DNA of 64,000 bases, from NCBI GenBank assembly GCA_019348255.1, contig JAHWJU010000002.1, positions 7,132 through 71,131 on the forward strand, read 5' to 3'. Shown here in pieces: positions 17,655-26,080 of the stretch (position 1 is its first letter; each line of letters begins with the position of its first letter). Both the position numbers and the translations under genes were made by a program. The DNA is from Actinomycetota bacterium (GTDB lineage Bacteria > Actinomycetota > Acidimicrobiia > Acidimicrobiales > CADCTF01). The notes under the pieces were generated by a model. It saw only the letters and a list, made by a program, of their open reading frames with translations. It was not told the origin of the DNA and did not search any database.

Positions 17655-18905
17655 TCAGCGTTCCGGCGTCACCCGGGCGATGGCGGCTACGGCCTTGTAG
17701 GCCGCCTCGGCCGGGCCCAACTCATTGGGCCGCAACAGGTTGGCCATGATCCGCAGCACCCACTCCATCAGCGTGCGCGAGTGCATCCCGGTGGACACGA
17801 GCAGCCGCATCAGCTCCGGCCGCCCGATGATCTTCACGAAGGCGCGGGCCACCTTGTAGTAGAGCCCGTAGGCCGCCTGCAGCTGGCTGTCGTAGGTCTG
17901 CAGCAACAAGTCGTTGCCGGTGACGAGGGCGCGGTCGAGCACGGAGGCAGCCAGGCGGCCGGTCTCGTAGGCATAGGCGATGCCTTCGCCGTTGAACGGG
18001 TTGATGGCGCCGCCGGCGTCGCCGGTGACCAGGTAGGTCTGGCCGGCGTGGGGTCCCACCGACAGCGCCATCGGCAGACGCCCGCCGGTGGGCGGGCCGC
18101 ACGACGTTTCCGGTGAGAGGCCCCAGGAGGCAGGGGCGTAGTCGACGAAGGACTCCATCAGGTGGGAGGTGTTGACGGACTTCCACTGGTTGAACGTCGA
18201 GAGAAGCCCGATGCCCACGTTCACCCGCCCGTCGCCGACGGGGAATATCCACCCGTATCCCGGCAGGACGTTGCCGGCCTTGTCCCGGATGTCGAGGTGG
18301 CTCTCGATCCACGGCTCGTCGTGGCGGGGCGAGCTGTAGTAGCCGCGGATGGCCATGCCGAGTGGGTACTGCCGGTTGCGGGAGGTCCCCAGCGCCCTTC
18401 CGAACCGGGAGTTGGCACCGTCGGCCACCACCACGTAGCGAGCCCGGACATCCTCGACGCGACCGCCTTCGGCCTTCCGCTTCACCGAGGCACCCTGCAC
18501 GACCCCGCCCTCGATCAGCGGCGCCAGCGCCTCCGACTCCTGCCAGAGGGTGGCACCGGCCTTGACCGCCCGCTCCGCCACCAACTCGTCGAGGTCATGG
18601 CGGGTGATCACGTAGCCGTAGCTGGGGAAGTCGGGGTGCTCGGGCCACCGCAGCTCGAGGGTGCGCCCGAACGCGATCGAGCGCAGGCCGTCGAAGCGGT
18701 GGTGCCCCGCCAGCGTCTCGCCCAGACCCATGTCCTCGAGCTGGCGCACCGCCCGGGGCGTGAGCCCGTCGCCGCAGGTCTTTTCCCGCGGGTAGCGCTT
18801 CTTCTCCACGACCAGGACGTCGTGGCCGTGCTCGGCCAGCCAGTAGGCGCAACTGGCTCCGGAAGGCCCTCCGCCCACCACCAGGACGTCCGGGTGGGCA
18901 GTCAT
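17655..18905 (-). CDS. Geranylgeranyl reductase family FAD-dependent oxidoreductase (menaquinone-reductase-like)
   Basis: ATG 18905. DVLVVGGGPSGASCAYWLAEHGHDVLVVEKK...KTCGDGLTP FAD motifs and the later GDAGGAINPFNGEGI. The ORF part upstream of 18905 overlaps the cytochrome c gene. Confidence 0.8.
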   Translation of the reverse strand: MTAHPDVLVVGGGPSGASCAYWLAEHGHDVLVVEKKRYPREKTCGDGLTPRAVRQLEDMGLGETLAGHHRFDGLRSIAFGRTLELRWPEHPDFPSYGYVITRHDLDELVAERAVKAGATLWQESEALAPLIEGGVVQGASVKRKAEGGRVEDVRARYVVVADGANSRFGRALGTSRNRQYPLGMAIRGYYSSPRHDEPWIESHLDIRDKAGNVLPGYGWIFPVGDGRVNVGIGLLSTFNQWKSVNTSHLMESFVDYAPASWGLSPETSCGPPTGGRLPMALSVGPHAGQTYLVTGDAGGAINPFNGEGIAYAYETGRLAASVLDRALVTGNDLLLQTYDSQLQAAYGLYYKVARAFVKIIGRPELMRLLVSTGMHSRTLMEWVLRIMANLLRPNELGPAEAAYKAVAAIARVTPER

Positions 18906-18910
18906 GACGA

Positions 18911-19603
18911 CTACTCGCCCGGGGCCGACGCCTCGGCGGCCTCGGCGTCGGGACTGGCGGCCGAGCACTCCGGAGGAGGCTTCTCCTTGCCGAACGTGAC
19001 CCGCTCGTAGCACACGACAGCGACGATCTCGTCCTTGCTCAAGCTGTCGGAGAAGCCGGGCATACCACCGGTGGCGACCTTGCCGGTCGCCCCGTAGGGC
19101 TGACCCTGCACCGGCTTGGAGCCGGCCTCGATCCACGCGACATGGTCGGCGAAGACAGGGAAGGTCTTGACGGTGTCGGCCATGGCCGGGCCCACTCCGC
19201 CGCCGCCCGATGGCCCATGGCAGCCCGAGCAGCCCGACGAGCGGTAGATGCCGGCGCCGATCGACACCGGATCCGAGGCCTTCTCGTCGGACCTTTCGCC
19301 GAAGGCGCCGCCGTAGAGGATGGCCCACAGCGGCAGGGCGGCTAGCACCGGCATGGCCCACACCGGCACCCGCTCCTTGCGGGGCGGGGGCGGGGGTGGG
19401 CCGATGTAGGCCGGTGCGGCCGGCGCCTTGGCGGGCGCGGGCGCAGATGTCGCCGGCTTGTCGGCCGCGCCCGAGGGGGCGGGGCTGGCGGCAGCGGCCG
19501 GCTCGACGGCCGAGGAACTCGCCCCCCCGCCCTCGCCTCCGCCTCCCATGGCGGCCCGCCGTTCCTTCGAGCGGCGAAGAAGGTGTTCGGGAACCTCGGT
19601 CAC
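18911..19603 (-). CDS. Membrane-anchored monohaem class I cytochrome c
   Basis: One CSGCH haem-binding motif with a downstream GGMPGF (Met ligand region). One TM segment (VWAMPVLAALPLWAILYGGAF) follows a Gly/Ala/Pro-rich linker. GTG start; N-terminus is MTEVPEHLLRRSKERR. Confidence 0.8.
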   Translation of the reverse strand: MTEVPEHLLRRSKERRAAMGGGGEGGGASSSAVEPAAAASPAPSGAADKPATSAPAPAKAPAAPAYIGPPPPPPRKERVPVWAMPVLAALPLWAILYGGAFGERSDEKASDPVSIGAGIYRSSGCSGCHGPSGGGGVGPAMADTVKTFPVFADHVAWIEAGSKPVQGQPYGATGKVATGGMPGFSDSLSKDEIVAVVCYERVTFGKEKPPPECSAASPDAEAAEASAPGE

Positions 19604-19792
19604 ATCGTGCTCCCTGTCACGCCTCGCACTGTAGGCGAGGCCTTCGGTCGCTTACCAAGCGGCACTCCCCGGCAGAGGGCGTGGCCGTCCGGTCTCGTGG
19701 GCGGCCCCGAGTGGGGGTTGCGCGGGCGACCGTGCTAGAACGACCGGGTCATAGGGCGCAGGCTGACCGGCAGCACGGGGATGCCTCTCGGG

Positions 19793-19814
19793 TAGAATGT
19801 GATTCGATTCACGA
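19793..19814 (+). promoter_or_regulatory. -10-like TAGAAT overlapped by a candidate Rex operator, upstream of the Rieske/b6-nuo block
   Basis: TAGAAT at 19793-19798. ATGTGATTCGATTCACGA (19797-19814) matches TTGTGAA-N4-TTCACAA at 11 of 14 defined positions (core TGTGA-N6-TCAC). It lies in the 242-nt divergent intergenic region. Confidence 0.45.
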
Positions 19815-19845
19815 AGGGCCAGGAAGGGCGAAGGGCGAACCGACT

Positions 19846-20322
19846 TTGGTTGCGTTTTTTTTCTCGCTGATTCTCGCGTTGGCGATGACGGGCCTGATCG
19901 TGCGCATGGCGTCCAAGCGCCCTGCCGGCAGCCCCCTCACCTGGGGTGAGGCGTTCCTGGCCGCCCTGTTCGTCTTCACGCTTTTGTTCCTGCTCTACGG
20001 GGTCATCCCCCACCAGTGGCTGGCCTGGGCTGACAACGAGCTCGAGTGGCGTTCCGACAAAGTGGGTATACCCATGGGTCCCATCAAGAGTGGCCCCGCC
20101 ATCCGCGACAACCTGCTCTTCCCCGACGGGATCCCGATGCCCAACGGCCGGTTCATCGTCACCGCCGAGGTCCTGCGCGACGTCATCGCCGCCGGCCTCT
20201 ACATCGTGTTCCTGGTGGCCCAGATCAAGGCGTGGCTGTGGTGGCAGAAGCGGGGTCAGCGACCGGCCGAGACGCCGGAGCTCACCTCCGCATACGGCCG
20301 TCCCCTGGTGAGAAAGGCCTGA
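19846..20322 (+). CDS. Small 3-TM membrane protein, unknown function, first gene of the Rieske/b6 cluster
   Basis: TTG 19846 is preceded by the purine-rich AGGAAGGGCGAAGGGCGAA; ATG 19885 is an alternative start. Three hydrophobic segments with a conserved-looking loop (GVIPHQWLAWADNELEWRSD). 6-nt gap to the ferredoxin gene. Confidence 0.55.
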   Translation: MVAFFFSLILALAMTGLIVRMASKRPAGSPLTWGEAFLAALFVFTLLFLLYGVIPHQWLAWADNELEWRSDKVGIPMGPIKSGPAIRDNLLFPDGIPMPNGRFIVTAEVLRDVIAAGLYIVFLVAQIKAWLWWQKRGQRPAETPELTSAYGRPLVRKA

Positions 20323-20328
20323 TCCGAC

Positions 20329-20742
20329 ATGGCAAGGACCGACGCCAACCCCCCGCTCCCGAGCTTCCCGGGCGACTACGTCCTCGAGGAGATCCCTCAC
20401 GAGGACCTGAGCAAGTCCGTCAAGCCGAAGCAGTTCCTCCACATCGACCAGGCCGAGTGCATCCTGTGCGAAGGCTGCGTGGACATCTGCCCCTGGAAGT
20501 GCATCCACATGCTCGATGCCGAAACCGTGGCGGAGGCGACCAACACCGAACAGCCGGGCATCGACCCCGACGACCACGTCATCTTCGTGGTCGACGAGGA
20601 CGTCTGTACGCGCTGCGGTCTCTGCGTCGACCGCTGTCCCACCGGCGTCATCATCATGGGTAAGGCCGGCGTGGCCTCCCGTGACGGCGACGAGCACCAG
20701 CGCGACAACAAGCACGGCTACGCCTACGGCATGAGATTCTAG
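20329..20742 (+). CDS. Soluble 2[4Fe-4S] (dicluster) ferredoxin-type protein
   Basis: Two CxxCxxCxxxCP motifs (CILCEGCVDICP and CTRCGLCVDRCP). No signal peptide or TM segment. Confidence 0.85.
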   Translation: MARTDANPPLPSFPGDYVLEEIPHEDLSKSVKPKQFLHIDQAECILCEGCVDICPWKCIHMLDAETVAEATNTEQPGIDPDDHVIFVVDEDVCTRCGLCVDRCPTGVIIMGKAGVASRDGDEHQRDNKHGYAYGMRF

Positions 20743-20752
20743 GAGAGGGTCA

Positions 20753-21538
20753 GTGGCCAAGCGCATGAGCCTCCGGGAGCGGATCCCGAAGCCGCCCAAG
20801 CCGGCGGACATGCTCAACTCCATCCAGGGGAGCCAGTTCTGGTCGTCGGTCTTCCGGCCCGGATCGATCTTCCGCAAGGGCTACACCGACAGCCCCCGGA
20901 ACCGCTCGTACGTGGTCATGAACTCGGTGCTGTACCACCTGCACCCGGTCAAGGTGAAGCGCCACGCAGTCAAGGTGAGCTACACGCTCTGTTTGGGCGG
21001 ATTGAGCTTCTTCTTGTTCATCCACCTGACGGTGACCGGCATCTTCCTGATGTTCTTCTACCGGCCGACCGCAGCGCAGGCGTGGAACGACATCAAGACG
21101 CTGCAGACCTCGGTGACCTTCGGGCTCCTCGTGCGCAACATGCACCGGTGGGGCGCCCACCTCATGGTCATCTCGGTGTTCCTGCACATGGCCCGCGTCT
21201 TCTACCACGGCGCCTACAAGCCGCCGCGGGAGTTCAACTGGGTGATCGGGGTCATCTTGTTGACCTTGACCCTGTTGCTCTCCTTCACCGGGTACCTGCT
21301 GCCGTGGGACCAACTGGCTCTGTGGGCCGTCACCGTGGGCACCAACATGATGGGCTACACCCCCGTCTTCGGGCGCCAGGTGCGGTTCGTCCTCCTGGGA
21401 GGGGTGGAGATCGGCACCGACACCGTTCTGCGGTGGTACGTCCTCCACGTCCTCATGTTCCCGTTCGTTATCGTCATCTTCATGGCCATCCACTTCTGGA
21501 GAGTCCGCAAGGATGGCGGCATCTCCGGGCCGCTGTGA
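20753..21538 (+). CDS. Cytochrome b6-type subunit (N-terminal cytochrome b domain only; split cytochrome b)
   Basis: Four TM helices carrying the bis-haem histidines (NMHRWGAHLMV..FLHM..FYHG; RWYVLHVL....MAIHFW). The protein ends after helix D, as in b6/QcrB-type proteins. Confidence 0.85.
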   Translation: MAKRMSLRERIPKPPKPADMLNSIQGSQFWSSVFRPGSIFRKGYTDSPRNRSYVVMNSVLYHLHPVKVKRHAVKVSYTLCLGGLSFFLFIHLTVTGIFLMFFYRPTAAQAWNDIKTLQTSVTFGLLVRNMHRWGAHLMVISVFLHMARVFYHGAYKPPREFNWVIGVILLTLTLLLSFTGYLLPWDQLALWAVTVGTNMMGYTPVFGRQVRFVLLGGVEIGTDTVLRWYVLHVLMFPFVIVIFMAIHFWRVRKDGGISGPL

Positions 21539-21554
21539 TGCGAAAGGTCTCACG

Positions 21555-22298
21555 ATGACCGAGATCCCCGAGCACCTCCTCAAGAGATCGAAGGCTCGCC
21601 GCGAGCAAGCTGGCGCCGGCAAGGGCGACGCCGGGAACGGCGGCGGCGGTGGCGGCGAGAGCGCCGACGACGGCGAGAAGATCCCCGCTCGGCTGCTGCA
21701 GGGCGAGGGCGGCTCGTCGGGTGGCGCGGCCACCGCCACCGTGGCCCGACCGGCGGCAGGTGCGCCGGCCCAGAGCCCCGGCGCCGTGGGCCCGGCCGGC
21801 CACACCCAGAGGCTCCTCACGGTCGTCAAGGCGGGGTCCATCCAGGACGTCAAGTCGGTCCCCACCGACAAGGTTCACACGTGGCCCCACCTGCTGGTGG
21901 GAGAGTTCGTCGCCGCCCTGGCCATGACCGCCTTCCTCTTCGTCTTCGCCATCTTCGTCAACGCCCCGCTCCTGGGCATGGCCAACTTCAACCTCACCCC
22001 CAACCCGTCCAAGGCGCCCTGGTACTTCCTCGGGCTGCAGGAGCTGCTCACGATGTTCCACCCCATGGTCGCCGGCGTCACCATCCCGGGCATGGGGCTC
22101 ATCGTCATGGGCGCTGCCGGTTACATCGACAAGAACCCCTCGAACAAGCCCGAGGACCGCAAGTTCGCCATCGCCCTCATGACGTTCTTCCTCATGTTCT
22201 GGGCGGTCCTCGTCATCATCGGGTCGTTCTTCCGGGGTGAAGGCTTCAACTTCATCTATCCCTGGGACCAGGGCGTGCACGAGATCTTCGACCTGTGA
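21555..22298 (+). CDS. Subunit-IV-type protein (C-terminal cytochrome b domain) with ~100-aa N-terminal extension
   Basis: PNPSKAPWYFLGLQELL (PEWY-equivalent Qo motif) plus three TM segments. ATG 21555; the N-terminus MTEIPEHLLKRSKARR is followed by a Gly-rich linker. Confidence 0.75.
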   Translation: MTEIPEHLLKRSKARREQAGAGKGDAGNGGGGGGESADDGEKIPARLLQGEGGSSGGAATATVARPAAGAPAQSPGAVGPAGHTQRLLTVVKAGSIQDVKSVPTDKVHTWPHLLVGEFVAALAMTAFLFVFAIFVNAPLLGMANFNLTPNPSKAPWYFLGLQELLTMFHPMVAGVTIPGMGLIVMGAAGYIDKNPSNKPEDRKFAIALMTFFLMFWAVLVIIGSFFRGEGFNFIYPWDQGVHEIFDL

Positions 22299-23143
22299 CC
22301 ACCACCACCATTCTCATGCTGGCCGCCCTCGTGCTGTTGGTGTTCGGAGCCGTCTTCGTCTTCGCCACCACCCGCAGCCGCGACCGGGCCGCCGCGGTGG
22401 GCGCGCTGTCGCGGGAGACGCGCAAGTCGGACCGCAGCGAAGCCGCACTCGTGGAGGAAGGGGCCAAGACCACCACAGGCAGGGCCGTGGAACGGGCGGC
22501 TGCGCTCGAGCGACGGGGCGGTGCCCTGGTGGAGGCGCGGCCGGCGCCACCGGCGGTACGGGCTCCACTGGAGCCCGACGCCTACGGCGTCACCCGGCGG
22601 CAGTTCTTCAACCGGGGCATCACGGCGCTGTTCGCACTTGGCCTGGCCGGCTTCAGCACCCAGACGATCGCCTTCCTGTGGCCGTCCCTGTCCGGGGGTT
22701 TCGGCTCCAAGATCAGAGCGGGCAAGCTCGACGAGATCCTCCGGGAGGTGGCCGACAAGAAGGAGCCGTTCTACGTTCCCGAGGGTCGCTTCTACGTGAA
22801 CCCGTATCCCTCCGACGACCTCTCCAAGGCCGCCAACCACTACACCGGCGAAGTGCTGTCGGGCATGGAGCAGGGAGTGGTGGCGCTCTACCAGAAGTGC
22901 GTCCACCTCGGCTGCCGCGTGCCGTGGTGCAAGACCTCGCAGTGGTTCGAGTGCCCCTGCCATGGGTCGCAGTACAACCGGGTGGGCGAGCACAAGGCCG
23001 GCCCTGCTCCCCGGGGCCTCGATCGCTTCGGCGTCTCCGTTTCTGGCGGCATGGTCGTGGTCGACACCAAAGAGATCATCCAGGGCCCGCCCATCGGCAC
23101 AAACACCACCGGCCAGGAGGCCGAGGGTCCCCACTGCGCATGA
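22295..23143 (+). CDS. Rieske [2Fe-2S] iron-sulfur subunit (QcrA-like)
   Basis: CVHLGC and CPCHGS cluster-binding boxes. There is an N-terminal TM segment and an internal TRRQFFNRG Tat-like segment before a further TM. 4-nt overlap with the upstream gene. Confidence 0.85.
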   Translation: MTTTTILMLAALVLLVFGAVFVFATTRSRDRAAAVGALSRETRKSDRSEAALVEEGAKTTTGRAVERAAALERRGGALVEARPAPPAVRAPLEPDAYGVTRRQFFNRGITALFALGLAGFSTQTIAFLWPSLSGGFGSKIRAGKLDEILREVADKKEPFYVPEGRFYVNPYPSDDLSKAANHYTGEVLSGMEQGVVALYQKCVHLGCRVPWCKTSQWFECPCHGSQYNRVGEHKAGPAPRGLDRFGVSVSGGMVVVDTKEIIQGPPIGTNTTGQEAEGPHCA

Positions 23144-24192
23144 CCGCCGCAAACCTGCTCGCCGCCACCGCCCCCGAGCGCATCGGGTTCTTCGTCGCTG
23201 TGGCCATGGTCGTCGCGTGGGCCGTCTACGTCTTCGTCACCAGCCGCAACTCCGACCCCGACCAGAAGCCAGGTTCGGAGATCGAGCTTGCGCCCAACCG
23301 CAAGCCCTACTTCAACGACGAGATCCTGGAGGGGCCGCGCCTCGAGCGGGCGCTCGGTTGGGGCCTTCTCCTCCTCGTCGTCACGGCCATCGGTCCCCTC
23401 CTGTACTGGCTCAACGAGCCAGGCCGCCAGGCCGGCGCGGTGGACGAGTTCGACCGAAAGGCCGTGGAACGCGGTCGACAACTGTTCCTCCCCACCGACT
23501 CCCCGGAGCATGGCGCCCACTTCGGTTGCGCCACCTGTCACGGCTCCAAGGGCCAAGGCGGCGTGGCGCCCTACTCCCTGACGGACTACCTGGGCGCGAC
23601 CCGCAAGGTCGAGTGGGAGGCACCACCGCTCGACACGGCCCTGCTCAAGTTCGACAAGAAGGAGCTTCGTGCGATCCTCGTCTACGGCCGGGCCAACACC
23701 CCGATGCCGGCGTGGGGGATCGAGGGCGGCGGCCCCATGAACGACCAGCAGATCGACGATCTGGTCGCATACATCGACAGCCTCCAGATATCGCCCCAGA
23801 AGGCCCGGCAACGATCGTTCCAAGAGGCGCTCACGCAGGCGACGATCGACGGGAAGGTCACCGACCCCCTGAACCCGGCGCTGGCCATAGACGGCGAAAC
23901 CCTGTTCAAGACCAACTGCGCCCGCTGCCACACCAAGGGTTGGGCCTACGGCGAACCTGACGTGCAGGGGGGCGGGGCGTTCGGCCCCAACCTCACGAAC
24001 GGCCTTACCCTGCGCCAGTTCCCGGACCTCGACGCCATGATCGAGTTCGTCACCGAGGGCTCCGAGTACGGCGAAGCCTACGGCGAGCGTGGCCAGGGCG
24101 GCGACGAGGGTGGCGGGATGCCGGGCTTCGGCCAGGTGCTGACCGCCGCCCAGATCCGGGCCATCGTGGAGTACGAGAGAGGCTTGTTGTGA
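23140..24192 (+). CDS. Membrane-anchored dihaem cytochrome c (QcrC-like)
   Basis: Two CxxCH motifs (CATCH, CARCH), two N-terminal TM segments, and an ATGA overlap with the Rieske gene. Confidence 0.85.
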   Translation: MTAANLLAATAPERIGFFVAVAMVVAWAVYVFVTSRNSDPDQKPGSEIELAPNRKPYFNDEILEGPRLERALGWGLLLLVVTAIGPLLYWLNEPGRQAGAVDEFDRKAVERGRQLFLPTDSPEHGAHFGCATCHGSKGQGGVAPYSLTDYLGATRKVEWEAPPLDTALLKFDKKELRAILVYGRANTPMPAWGIEGGGPMNDQQIDDLVAYIDSLQISPQKARQRSFQEALTQATIDGKVTDPLNPALAIDGETLFKTNCARCHTKGWAYGEPDVQGGGAFGPNLTNGLTLRQFPDLDAMIEFVTEGSEYGEAYGERGQGGDEGGGMPGFGQVLTAAQIRAIVEYERGLL

Positions 24193-25028
24193 GTGGGTCG
24201 TTGCTGGCGGCGTTGGCGTGGGACCCACAGATCCGTGGTGCCCTGATCGTCCTCACCTCTTTCGTCATCCTCCCCGGCAGCGTCTTCATGCTGTTGTCCA
24301 CCAACACCGGGGCCAGGCTCGGGTTCTTGCTCGCCGCCGCCGGCCTCACGGGCTGGATGGCGGTGATGGGTTGGATCTGGGTCGCCTACGGCATCGGCAT
24401 CAAGGGCGACCCGCCCACCTGGAAGGTGCACGACGTCGTCACCGGGTCGGTCAGCGCACAGTCGACCTACGAACCGGCGGAGACGTTCCCGCGCGGCTGG
24501 AAGAAGTTGAAGCCCGGGGACCCGGTTCTGGCTGACGCCACTGCCGCTGCCGGCAAGGTTCTGGCGCCGGCGGAGGAGGGGGGCGAAGAGGGCGGTGGTC
24601 ACGGCGGCGAGGAGGCCGAGGTCAAGACCGAGCGAACCTTCGAACCCGCCTTCGACAGCCCCGAGGACTACGCCGTCATCGGCGGGTTCCGCAAGGGAGG
24701 CGAGAGCTACTTCCTGCCCGGGGGCCTCATCGAGGTCAACGACGGCCCCTTCAAGGGTTGGTTGCACAAGCCGCACTACGTCGTGCTGCAGGCCCGACCG
24801 GTCATCAAAGAGCCGTCCCTGACCGGGGCGCCGGTCAAGCCGGCACCTGACCCCACCATGCCGCCGACGAGCGTGATCATGGTGCGCGACCTCGGACGCC
24901 TGCGCTTCCCCTCGACGATGGTGGCCTTGTCGATGACGATCGTCTTCATGATCGTCTGCAACGCCCTGCACCGACGGGACAAGCAGGTCATGGCGGCAAG
25001 GGCGGCACTGGAACCCGCGACGGGCTAG
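24189..25028 (+). CDS. Membrane protein, unknown function, last gene of the Rieske/b6 cluster
   Basis: GTGA overlap with the cytochrome c gene. Two N-terminal TM segments, a ~170-aa extracytoplasmic region containing an acidic/Gly patch, and one C-terminal TM segment. 9 nt upstream of nuoA. Confidence 0.5.
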   Translation: MSGSLLAALAWDPQIRGALIVLTSFVILPGSVFMLLSTNTGARLGFLLAAAGLTGWMAVMGWIWVAYGIGIKGDPPTWKVHDVVTGSVSAQSTYEPAETFPRGWKKLKPGDPVLADATAAAGKVLAPAEEGGEEGGGHGGEEAEVKTERTFEPAFDSPEDYAVIGGFRKGGESYFLPGGLIEVNDGPFKGWLHKPHYVVLQARPVIKEPSLTGAPVKPAPDPTMPPTSVIMVRDLGRLRFPSTMVALSMTIVFMIVCNALHRRDKQVMAARAALEPATG

Positions 25029-25037
25029 AAAGAAGGC

Positions 25038-25487
25038 GTGGAACAGTACCTGCCGATCCTGACGATGCTGGTGCTGGCCATCCTCTTCTCCGGCCTGTCG
25101 TTCTTCGCCTCCGGCCTGCTCGCTCCCCGCAAGCCGTCGATGGCCAAGGAGGCTCCCTACGAGTGCGGCATCGTGCCGACGAACGAACCGGCGGAGCGGT
25201 TCCCGGTGCGCTTCTACGTCGTGGCGATGCTCTTCATCATCTTCGACATCGAGATCATCTTTCTCTATCCCTGGGCCGTGAGCTTCGGCGCCCTCGGCAC
25301 GTACGGCCTCGTCGCCATGGTCGTGTTCGCAGCCATCGTGTTCATCTCGCTGCTCTACGAGATCGCCATGGGCGGCCTGGAATGGGGCCCCGTACGCCGC
25401 GCCCGCCCGGCTGCTCAGGCCGGCCGTACGACGTCGTCCACCATCCGTCGCGTCCCCCGCAGCTCCACCCGGCAGGAGGCGGCTTAG
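25038..25487 (+). CDS. nuoA: NADH-quinone oxidoreductase subunit A
   Basis: APYECGI...[15 protein letters not shown] signature, 3 TM segments, and a basic ~30-aa C-terminal tail. Confidence 0.85.
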   Translation: MEQYLPILTMLVLAILFSGLSFFASGLLAPRKPSMAKEAPYECGIVPTNEPAERFPVRFYVVAMLFIIFDIEIIFLYPWAVSFGALGTYGLVAMVVFAAIVFISLLYEIAMGGLEWGPVRRARPAAQAGRTTSSTIRRVPRSSTRQEAA

Positions 25488-25489
25488 CC

Positions 25490-26065
25490 ATGGCCGGCCT
25501 CGGTGACCTCCGCCACAACTTCCTCACCGGCACCGTCGAGGAGCTGGTCAAGTGGGCCCGGAAGAACAGCGTGTGGCCCAACACCTTCGGTCTCGCGTGC
25601 TGCGCCATCGAGATGATGGCGACGGGGGCTGCCAACTACGACATCAGCCGCTTCGGCATGGAGGTGTTCCGGGCCTCCCCCCGCCAGGCCGATCTCATGA
25701 TCGTCGCCGGCCGTGTGTCCCAGAAGATGGCGCCGGTGCTGCGTCAGGTCTACGACCAGATGATGGAACCCAAGTGGGTCATCTCCATGGGCGTCTGCGC
25801 CTCCTCCGGCGGGATGTTCAACAACTACGCCATCGTCCAGGGCGTCGACCAGATCGTCCCCGTCGACGTGTACGCACCAGGATGCCCGCCGAACCCCGAG
25901 ACCCTCCTGCATTCCATCCTCACCCTCCACGCGAAGATCCAGTCAGGCGAGATCACGCGTCGGCGCGAGGCGACCGGACGAGGTGCCGGCATCGAGGTGG
26001 CGGAGGTGCTGCCGACGGGCGGGGACGCCAGGGAAGCCCCCGTTCCCGTCGGCACCCCCTCCTGA
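25490..26065 (+). CDS. nuoB: NADH-quinone oxidoreductase subunit B
   Basis: [21 protein letters not shown] and PGCPPNPE (N2 cluster cysteines); ATG 25490. Confidence 0.9.
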   Translation: MAGLGDLRHNFLTGTVEELVKWARKNSVWPNTFGLACCAIEMMATGAANYDISRFGMEVFRASPRQADLMIVAGRVSQKMAPVLRQVYDQMMEPKWVISMGVCASSGGMFNNYAIVQGVDQIVPVDVYAPGCPPNPETLLHSILTLHAKIQSGEITRRREATGRGAGIEVAEVLPTGGDAREAPVPVGTPS

Positions 26066-26080
26066 CGTGAGGGGGCGCAC

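Noticed and set aside
21555-21602. Reading the shared MTE(V/I)PEHLL(R/K)RSK.RR peptide as a Tat or Sec signal.
   Set aside because: There is no S/T-R-R-x-F-L-K pattern and no adjacent hydrophobic h-region. A long Gly-rich linker follows instead, and the first TM segment comes about 60-100 residues later.
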